A stretch of DNA of 64,000 bases from Histomonas meleagridis 2922-C6/04-290x (taxonomy: Eukaryota; Protista; Parabasalia), in NCBI GenBank assembly GCA_020184695.1, contig JAANOX010000190.1, positions 186,744 to 250,743 of the forward strand, in the 5' to 3' direction. A program made the position numbers and the translations under genes. The notes under the pieces were generated by a model. The model was not told the origin of the DNA, did no database searches, and saw nothing but the letters and a program-made list of their open reading frames with translations. Positions 32,260 through 41,137 of the stretch are shown here, piece after piece; the first letter of the stretch is position 1, and every line of letters starts with the position of its first letter.

Positions 32260-33700
32260 ATGTTTTTGATTCTATTAGCAGCGGCAAATTCAGTTGCAAT
32301 AACATATACAGTAAGATCTGGTGATACATTAACATCAATTGCACAACTTTTTAGTGTCACAATTGCACAAATTCAAGAATGGAACGGAATTTCAAATCCA
32401 AACTTCATTACAGTTGGACAAGTTCTTAATATTAAAGAAGCGAAAAGAACATATATTACATATACAGTTAAATCAGGTGATTCACTTTCAGTGATTGCAG
32501 CAAACTATGGACTTACAACGGAAGATCTTGCAATATCCAATATGAAAGCATACCCATACACACTTTATGTTGGAGAAGTTCTCTTAATTCCAGTTCCACT
32601 TCCAACACCATCACGATCACCGACAGCTTCACCTTCTAAATCACCCACAGCTTCACCATCCAAATCGCCAACAGCTTCTCCATCTAAATCGCCAACAGCT
32701 TCTCCTTCTAAATCGCCAACAGCTTCTCCTTCTAGATCGCCAACAGCTTCTCCTTCTAAATCGCCAACAGCTTCTCCTTCTAAATCACCCACAGCTTCTC
32801 CTTCTAAATCACCCACAGCTACTCCTTCTAAATCACCCACAGCTACTCCTTCTAAATCACCCACAGCTACTCCTTCTAAATCACCCACAGCTACTCCTTC
32901 TAAATCACCCACAGCTACTCCTTCTAAATCACCCACAGCTACTCCTTCTAAATCACCCACAGCTACTCCTTCTAAATCACCCACAGCTACTCCTTCTAAA
33001 TCACCCACAGCTACTCCTTCTAAATCACCCACAGCTACTCCTTCTAAATCACCCACAGCTACTCCTTCTAAATCGCCAACAGCTACTCCTTCTAAATCAC
33101 CGACAGCTACTCCTTCTAAAACATTTTCTCCAACAGAAGCATTTACGCAATCAAACACATATACGCCAACAGAAGCGCCGCCGCCATCATCGCCAACTCC
33201 AGCTCCGACGCCATTGCCAAGTTGGACAACAACAGTAACAGCATCGCAATTATCTGCGTTTGGATGGTATAATACGTCAGAAGCCATTGTCAGCGATCTT
33301 CAGAAATGCGTTGAAGAGTTCATCAGTAGTCGACAATCATTTTTACGTTTCATAAGTCACTGTGCATATAAATCGAATTTTTGGATTATATACACATAAC
33401 ACCAAAGAAGATATTAATACGAAATACACAGGAAGTGGATATCTCCAAATTGAAGGGTATTCTAAATACGAAGAATTTTCAGAATATATTTCAGATTCGA
33501 AAGTTGTTGACGAAGGTCATTTGTATGTATCTGAACATTATCCATTTCTTATTTCAGGATATTATTGGAGACGCGAAGGTATTGACTCGTATTGCTGCCA
33601 AGGGATCAGTGAAGAAGAAATCGCACTTCGACTTTATGGGAAATATGAAGGAGCTGAAAACATTCGAGAATATTACCAACGCGCGCTTGGCATCTTCTAA
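32260..33700 (+). CDS. LysM x2 - Pro/Ser/Thr linker - GH19-like protein, copy 2 (one +T frameshift)
   Basis: ATG 32260; extra T in run 33378-82 relative to copies 1 and 3. Confidence 0.75.
32617..33120 (+). repeat. Coding minisatellite, 21 x 24 nt (SPTA[S/T]PSK)
   Basis: 504 nt = 21 units; mucin-like linker. Confidence 0.95.
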
Positions 33701-34549
33701 AGATATTTATAGTGTATTTAAATGTTTTTTGTTTATTATTTGTTATTTCCAAAATATAAAAATTGCATTTCTTTTACCTTTTTATAATTTGATTATTCTG
33801 TTAATATTTTCATTTCATTGTGTTCCAAAATATGAAATAAAAGACTTAATGCACATCTTTAGTTTATTAATCAAAATAAAGTATGAAAAAATTGTAAGAA
33901 TATCTACTTGAGTGTAAGTGCATGCAACTTTCCATATATAAAGCATATACATAATAATTTTTGAAGAAAAAATAATTGTGGCAAATGATTACTAAAACAA
34001 AAAGTTTTTAATTTCGCAATAAAAATTCGGCAATCCTATTTTACTAAATTGTTTACATATTAAATGTAACAAAACGATCAATAAGCAATTAAAATTTTAT
34101 AGGTTCAAATTGCTTTTGAAAAGTTAACGAAATTTATTCCTTCCTCTCTGATAGTTGATTATGTTTTAATGTAAGTGAATGTTTATACACATATTTTATA
34201 TGAACTAATTTTAGAACATATTGAAGGATGTGGATTCAAACATTTTCCTTATTTCAACTTGTTCAATTATAATTTTTTTAACACATAGAATTCAATATTA
34301 AATCCATAAAAACCTCTAAATTCTAATTATATATTTAATGTTGTAGATTATATATAAAATAACATGTTATTGGCAATTTCAATCCATAAAAAATATATAA
34401 ATATTTATAATTTGTTAAATGTTTAAATTAAAGAAAATATTTTAGAAAAAATTGAAGATCTATAGTTCTTCTTTTGTGATCTGGGAAACTTAATACACTT
34501 TTTCAATAAATTATTATTGACTTAAACCGCACATATCATCTGGAAGAAC

Positions 34550-37500
34550 ATGCGAAAACGCAAAACAAATATAAGCAAAAAAGAAAAAATATTTCCCCAA
34601 AACATAAAACTAGAATTATTCTCTAAGCTTGAACAAATAATAATGAATCTAACAGAAGAAAATATAAATTTGTCAGCTAAACATACAATAAAATTATTTG
34701 ATTTTAATTTACCATATTCATTTCATCTTGTTATAAGTAATTTAATTTATTATGCATTTTTATCACAAAGAAATAAGTGTACTACGTATTTTAAATTTTT
34801 AGAAATAATTCAAAAGAAAGAAGAGGAAAAAATTAATTCTAAATACAATATTATTGAAATATTCCTTAATTATATCATAAAAAATAATTCTCAAGAAGCT
34901 CTATATCTAATTGAGCAAATGATTCGACAAAATTTAATTAATGCAAACATTACAAAGATAATTCCTTCAAAATATTTTGCTCATTACAAAACTACAACTG
35001 AAAACAAAGAATGGTTATGTGGTGATCGATTTTGTTCAACTTTTGTAAAAAATTATGACCAACTTTCAAAGAATGATTTTGAACTTCATAAAAAATATGT
35101 TAAAAAAGGACATAATCCGAATGAAATTGCAAAAATAATTCGAAATGATAAAATAGAAAAACTTCAAGAAATATCATCACAAAATGATTTTGACTTTAAT
35201 CAAATAATTGTACCATCACTTTATGAAAGATGTTCATTTATTAACAATCGGAATGTTACATTAATTGATTATGCAGCATTTTTTTCTTCAGTTAAATGTT
35301 TTAAATATTTACTTATGAATCAAGCAAATGTAAATAATACAGGTAAATATGCAATTGCAGGTGGAAATGAAGAAATTGTTCATTTATGTGAACAAAATGG
35401 TTCATCATTTATAGGGTCTTATGAAATAGCAATTAAATCTCACCGAAATGATATTTTTCTTTATCTTTATGAAAATAAAATGGATAATTTGTGTGAGGAA
35501 CATGATACAAAACCTCATAAAAATTATCTGAAATATGAAGATTTAATAAAATTTTGTGTTATGAGTGGAAATTATGAAATCCTATCATTTTTAGAAGGAG
35601 AAGGAACTAAAATCAATGAATCTATCATCAAAAAATCAGCAGAAATAGGTAATATATATCTACTCATGTATTTTCTTCATAATAACAAGAAAATACCAAA
35701 AAATATTTTAATTTATTCTATTAAATCAGAGAATGCTGAAGTTGTGGAATATATCATTCTTAAACATAGAAAAGAAATCAATTTTAATTCTGTAAATATT
35801 TTTTGTAAAATTTCAATGCTTTCATACAATATTTGATAATGATTAATTAAGTTATTTAGAACACCTTTGATATATGTTGCTGAAAAAGGTTACACAGAAA
35901 TAGTTAAATTACTTATTAAACAAAAAGAAATTGATATTAATGCTAAAGATATTTATTTGTTTTCTTTGAGATTTATTTTAATAATTTTATATTTCAAAAT
36001 AATATTTAAAAATTATTTAAATTATTTAGAACAGCACTTATTTATGCATCTAAAAATGGTCATACAGAAATAGTTAAATTACTTCTTGAGCAAAAAGGAA
36101 TTGATATTAATGCGAAAGATAAAATTAATTTGTTTTATTAGGTATTTATTATAATAATTTGATATTTCAAAACAATATTTAGAAATTATTTAAAATATTA
36201 TGGACAGCACTTATTTGGGCATCTTCAAAAGGTCATACAGAAATAGTTAAATTACTTCTTGAGCAAAAAGGAATTGATATTAATGCTAAAGATATTGATT
36301 TGTTTTATTTGAAATTTATTTTAAAAATTTTATATTTCAAAATAATATTTGGAAATTATTTTAATTATTTAAAACAGCACTTATGCTTGCTACTTCATGG
36401 AAACGCATAGATATAGTCAAATTACTTCTTGAACAAAAAAGAATTGATATTAATACTAAAGATATTTTATTCCTTGACCTAAAATTTATTTTAATGATAT
36501 AATATTTCAAAATAATTTTTGGAAATTACAAAAAATATTTAAAACAGCACTTATTTTTGCATCTAGAGATGGTAATTTAGATATAGTTAAATTGCTTTTG
36601 GAACATAAAAGAATTGCTTTAAATGTTATAGATGATTTTTATTTACTATAATCGATATTATTCAGAGTTGCTTTGGGTTTTAAGCCAAAATTTAAAGTTT
36701 TATTATATAATTTGAAACACCATTAATTTGGGCCTCAAAAAATGGTCATAAAGAAATTGTTAAAATACTTATTGAAAAAGAAGGAACTAATATTAATGCC
36801 AAAAATTTTTGAATGTTTTGTTCAAGGTTTAAATTAATTAAAATGGATTTCTTAATAATGTTTGGAAAATATTCATATTGTTTCAAACAGCACTTATAAA
36901 GGCATCTTCAAGTGGATACATTGAAATAGCCAAATTACTTTTAGGAAAAGAAGGAATTGATGTTAATGCTAAAGATATTATTTCTATATTTTGTTTAGAA
37001 TTTATTTATACAATTGGATGTGTTATATGTGTATTTGGGATTTGTTTAAAATACTTGAAACAGCAATTGTGTTTGCAGCTAAAAATGGTCACACAGAAAT
37101 CGTTAAATTACTTCTTGAACAAAAAGGAATTGAAATTAATGCTAAAGATGAATTTTTGTTGTTTTATTTGATATTTATTATTATAATTTGATGTTTTAAG
37201 ATAATATTTGGAATTTACTTAAAATATTTTGTACAGCACTCTTGAAAGCATTGAGAAATGGTTGTACAAAAATAGTTAAATTACTTCTTGAACAAAAAGG
37301 AATTGATATAAATGCTAAAGATATTTATTTGTTTTATTTGATATTTATTATTATAATTTGATGTTTTAAGATAATATTTGGAAATTATTTAAATTATTTA
37401 GAACAGCACTTATGTTAGCATCTTATAATGGTTATACAGAAATTGTTAAATTACTTATTGAACAAAAAGGAATTGATATAAATGCTAAAGATATTTATTT

Positions 37501-37835
37501 GTTTTATTTGAAATTTATTTTAATAATTTTATATATCAAAATAATATTTGGAAATTATTTAAAATATTTGGTACAGCACTTATGAAAGCATCTGAAAAAG
37601 GTCATACAGAAATAGTTAAATTACTTCTTGAACAAGAAGGAATTGATATTAATGATAAAGATAAAATAAATTTAAATAATTTGAAATTTTAAAATAATAT
37701 TTGGAAATAATTTAAATTATTCAGAACAGCACTTATGTTTGCATCTAGAAATGGTTATACAGAAATATTTAAATTACTTCTTGAACAAGAAGGAATTGAT
37801 ATTAATGTAAAAGATATTTATTCGTTTTATTTTAA
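34550..37835 (+). CDS. DUF3447-type ankyrin-repeat protein 2, cryptically discontinuous (47 17-nt inserts); reconstructed 828 aa
   Basis: Open 34550-35797, then twelve stop-free 90-nt blocks at 35861, 36031, 36204, 36374, 36544, 36717, 36887, 37060, 37233, 37403, 37573, 37726. 3286 - 47x17 = 2487 nt = 829 codons, ending in TAA 37833-35. Confidence 0.85.
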
Positions 37836-37855
37836 TTTTATTTTTATTTTTTTAG
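35798..37855 (+). other. Array of 17-nt inserts + single retained codons, ankyrin gene 2
   Basis: Spacer lengths 63,80,83,80,80,83,80,83,83,80,80,63 give NDNR, EYKR, KGDRW, EYGK, KNGK, DDWKE, KWGQ, IRDGE, EDDGC, DDGR, EYGG, KEGR; the terminal units give TAA then TAG. Confidence 0.9.
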
Positions 37856-38315
37856 ACTTCAAAACAATGGATCATTTACACAACCGCAGACCAATTCTAA
37901 AAACAGATTACCATTTGGGAGGTGTCTGGAAAAATATTTTGTTCAAATTTGTGAAATAGTTAGACATTGATAATAAGAAACACTTAAATAAGTAACATTT
38001 ACATATGATGAACCAATCATTGATAATAAATATGAATATATAATTGAACTTTTGTTTTCCGTTTTTGTTTTAACACGAGATGAAGTAATAGCAAATGTAC
38101 GCGATTTAGTCAATGTATTACTTTGTGTATATGTATCACTTCCTTCAACAGTATCATTTTGTTACTGTCATACCACAAAATGTTGAACTTTTATATGAAT
38201 TTTGTGTCAGAACATATTTGATACAAGAAAATATGGAAAATATTAAACTTTGAAATAAATAACTTTCCTTTGTTGAAATATTCCAAATAAAACAAAATGC
38301 AAAAATGGGAATTGT

Positions 38316-40472
38316 TTATGCGTAAAGGTTTGCAACCCATGAAGCAAAGTCGTATCCACCATCGACTTCTTGAAGTTCGGACTTGAGGAATTCGACGTCT
38401 TCTGGTGAGAAGAAGCGTTGAAGTTGTGCCTCGGTGACGACTGGGTTATTTTGTGCGATAGCGCGGAATGCCTCTTCAGTTGTTTCCTTTGTTTCTGCCT
38501 TAGAGAAGCGGTCGAGCATGAACTTGACGTAGTTGTCGAAGTCGAGGGTTTCAGCACCGCCTGTGTACTTGTTGATGATATCCTTGCATTCATCATCGGT
38601 AGCTGGTTCACCGAGTGCTGTCAAGCATGCGTTAAGTTCGTAGTACTGAAGTGTGTTAGAGTTATCAGAGTCGAATGACTTGAATGTCTCACGGAATTCG
38701 GCGAGTTGCTCTTCTGGGATTTCGAGACCTTTAGCGGCAGCAATAGCGCTGTCGATGGCTGCGATGAGTGTGTTGATGTGTGCAAGAATTTGGTCGAACA
38801 TGTCGACGATTGAGTCTGGTGTATATTCGGCATCAAGTTGAAGATCATTTTGTTCGAGCTCTTCGTATGGTGCATTGAGCTCTGAGACGGAGCCCTTCTT
38901 TTCTTCGACTTCATGTGACATTTGGATAAGTTTCTCACGCTTCTCTTCGTTTTCGCCATCAACGCCATTGACTTGTTCTTCGAGTTTCTTGGACTCTTCA
39001 ACCTTCTCGTTGGCGAGTTGGTTGTATGATTGGATCTTAGCATTACGTTCTTCTTCTTCCTTAAGGTTCTCGATGTTAAGTTCAAGGTGCTTGATGTGTG
39101 ATGCAACTTGTTCTGCGTATGACTCAAGGAGTGTTGTTGAGTACTTGGCTCTTGTGTTAAGGTTTAACTTGTCTAATTCTTCATATGGTGCCTTAAGTTC
39201 TTCGATTTCGCCGCGGATTCCGGTTTCCTTCTCCTTAAGTTGTTCAAGAACTGCTAATTGTTCTTCAACGGAGCCGGAAATGGAGTCGATTTCGCCGTGG
39301 ACATCTTGGCATTTTTGAACAAGTTCTGTGCACTTAGTATCATATGCATTGATGAGGTCAAGTTCTGCTTGCTTAAGTTCTTCCTTAAGGCTCTTGGTTT
39401 GGTTGGCTGCTGTTTCATCAAGTTCGTTGAGTTTGTTGGTGAGGACTTCTGGTTCGAGACCTTCTGGTGCAACTGGTTCTGGACGGCCAGTTGTCTTGCA
39501 CTTTGTGCCTAATGATGCCCATGTACGGAGTGCCTTAGCACGAAGTTCGACGATGTTTGGACGAACATTACGTGTGTACTTAAGAACATCAATAAGTTTG
39601 GCCTTGATGCCAACAACAGTCTTTTCATAATCACTGTTGAGTAATGAGTCAGATGCGGATTGCATGGCATCAATGGCTGCACGTGCTTCTTCGGCATATG
39701 TGTTCTTAAGATCGGCGATTTCCTTTTGGATGCCAATTGTACGCTTAAGCTTTTCGGCTTGTTGTTCAACCTTTGATTCTCCAGCAAAGAAGTGGAAGAA
39801 TTCGGCAACTTGTGTAACAACAGATTTTTCATCTGGAATAACATCAACAAGATCTTCTGGATCAAGGTAGACTGTAAGTCCGATTTCATTGCATGCCTTG
39901 AATGCTTGTTCACAGTTGTTTGTGTGGTTGGATTGGTCAAGGGCGTTGTAGTCTAATAAGTTTGGACGGAACTTGTTGATTAAAGCGCAGAAGGCAAGAC
40001 CTGATGACCATGAGTTTGTGAAGTTGGTGATGTTAACACCATCATAGCCTTGTGTGTTCTTTTGGCACCAGATAAGAAGTGCAGAACGTGCTGTGGCTTC
40101 TTCAACAGAGATATCTTCGATGGCGAACTTGTTGATGCAAGACCATGTAAGACCTAATGTAAGCTTTGTGTTCTTGTCAACGATATCATCTGGGCTGATG
40201 TTAACGAGTTTGATGCCCTTCTTGTTGGTGATGTAATCAATGGCCATACCAACATTTTCGATCATGTGATACCTGTTCTTGCATTCCTTGTGCCATTTGC
40301 CAGTGATTGGTTCCTTACCAATAATTTCGAGAAGTTGGATAAGCTTGACACCATCAGCAAATTCATCAAGAACGCTCTCGAACTTGATTCCCTTTGTAGC
40401 AAGGTGTTTAGCGCACCAACGTGAGAAAACTTTGATTTGTGTCTTTTCCCAGCCTTTATCAAGAATTGTCAT
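38316..40472 (-). CDS. ACTN: Alpha-actinin (2 CH domains, coiled/spectrin rod, EF hand)
   Basis: WEKTQIKVFSRW, KLTLGLTWSCI, ALLIWCQKNTQGY, WSSGLAFCALI, C-terminal EF hand FKSFDSDNSNTL; ATG 40472. Confidence 0.95.
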   Translation of the reverse strand: MTILDKGWEKTQIKVFSRWCAKHLATKGIKFESVLDEFADGVKLIQLLEIIGKEPITGKWHKECKNRYHMIENVGMAIDYITNKKGIKLVNISPDDIVDKNTKLTLGLTWSCINKFAIEDISVEEATARSALLIWCQKNTQGYDGVNITNFTNSWSSGLAFCALINKFRPNLLDYNALDQSNHTNNCEQAFKACNEIGLTVYLDPEDLVDVIPDEKSVVTQVAEFFHFFAGESKVEQQAEKLKRTIGIQKEIADLKNTYAEEARAAIDAMQSASDSLLNSDYEKTVVGIKAKLIDVLKYTRNVRPNIVELRAKALRTWASLGTKCKTTGRPEPVAPEGLEPEVLTNKLNELDETAANQTKSLKEELKQAELDLINAYDTKCTELVQKCQDVHGEIDSISGSVEEQLAVLEQLKEKETGIRGEIEELKAPYEELDKLNLNTRAKYSTTLLESYAEQVASHIKHLELNIENLKEEEERNAKIQSYNQLANEKVEESKKLEEQVNGVDGENEEKREKLIQMSHEVEEKKGSVSELNAPYEELEQNDLQLDAEYTPDSIVDMFDQILAHINTLIAAIDSAIAAAKGLEIPEEQLAEFRETFKSFDSDNSNTLQYYELNACLTALGEPATDDECKDIINKYTGGAETLDFDNYVKFMLDRFSKAETKETTEEAFRAIAQNNPVVTEAQLQRFFSPEDVEFLKSELQEVDGGYDFASWVANLYA

Positions 40473-40478
40473 GATAAA

Positions 40479-40484
40479 AAATGA
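40479..40484 (-). promoter_or_regulatory. Trichomonad initiator (Inr) TCATTT
   Basis: TCATTTTTTATC-ATG directly upstream of alpha-actinin; similar TCA(T/C)T motifs precede PP4c (61405) and the transposase (48881). Confidence 0.65.
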
Positions 40485-41137
40485 ACCGAATATAACCACC
40501 AGACAATGTCCGCAAATGATAACCACTTTTCATAGAAATTTCTATCGTGAAACGATCAAATGAGACAATGTGAAGTGAAGTGGTTTGTGTTGTCAAATCA
40601 CCTGACATGGATTAAAAAATGCCTCAATGATCTTTCTGGTTAAATATGAAATCAACATTACACCACATAAAGATGACGCGTTAAAGTTTACGTTTATTTT
40701 TGAACCCAAAATACTATTATTTAGTTAACAACATTCGTGATACATTTAAGGATAAGTGAATAAATTTTTTGGCAAATAGATGGAATTGCTATGATAAGGT
40801 TGTGGAACAAATTAAAACATGTTTTCTTACACATCTTATTCTGATTAAACAGCTTAAGAGGCCATTTATAACTTTTCTTTGCCAAAACAGTCAAAAAGCT
40901 GAAACAATAACATAAACTTTACAAAAGCCATCAAATGCTTATTGAAAAAGTTCTCATTTTTTTCTGCCAGTTTTCAAATTTCAATAAATTTTGTAACTTT
41001 TAGGATTTAAACATTTTAATCATATTTTATTAATCATTTCGCATATCATCTATTATCATGCTACGTATATTTCTTTTATAAAAGTTACTGATTATTCATA
41101 AATTATTATTTAATTTTTATTTATTTAACATACATAT

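Noticed and set aside
32565-33287. Antisense ORFs of (GVAVGDLE)n here and at 52818-53132, and GC-rich shadow ORFs over alpha-actinin
   Set aside because: They are stop-free mirror frames of coding repeats or codon-biased genes.
35951-36030. One ~68-71 nt intron per spacer, or one 9-nt IFG micro-exon
   Set aside because: There are no GT-AG ends or ACTAAC-type branch motif. A single excision cannot supply the conserved Gly, and neither model explains the 60/63/80/83/100 length series as well as 17+3 units do.
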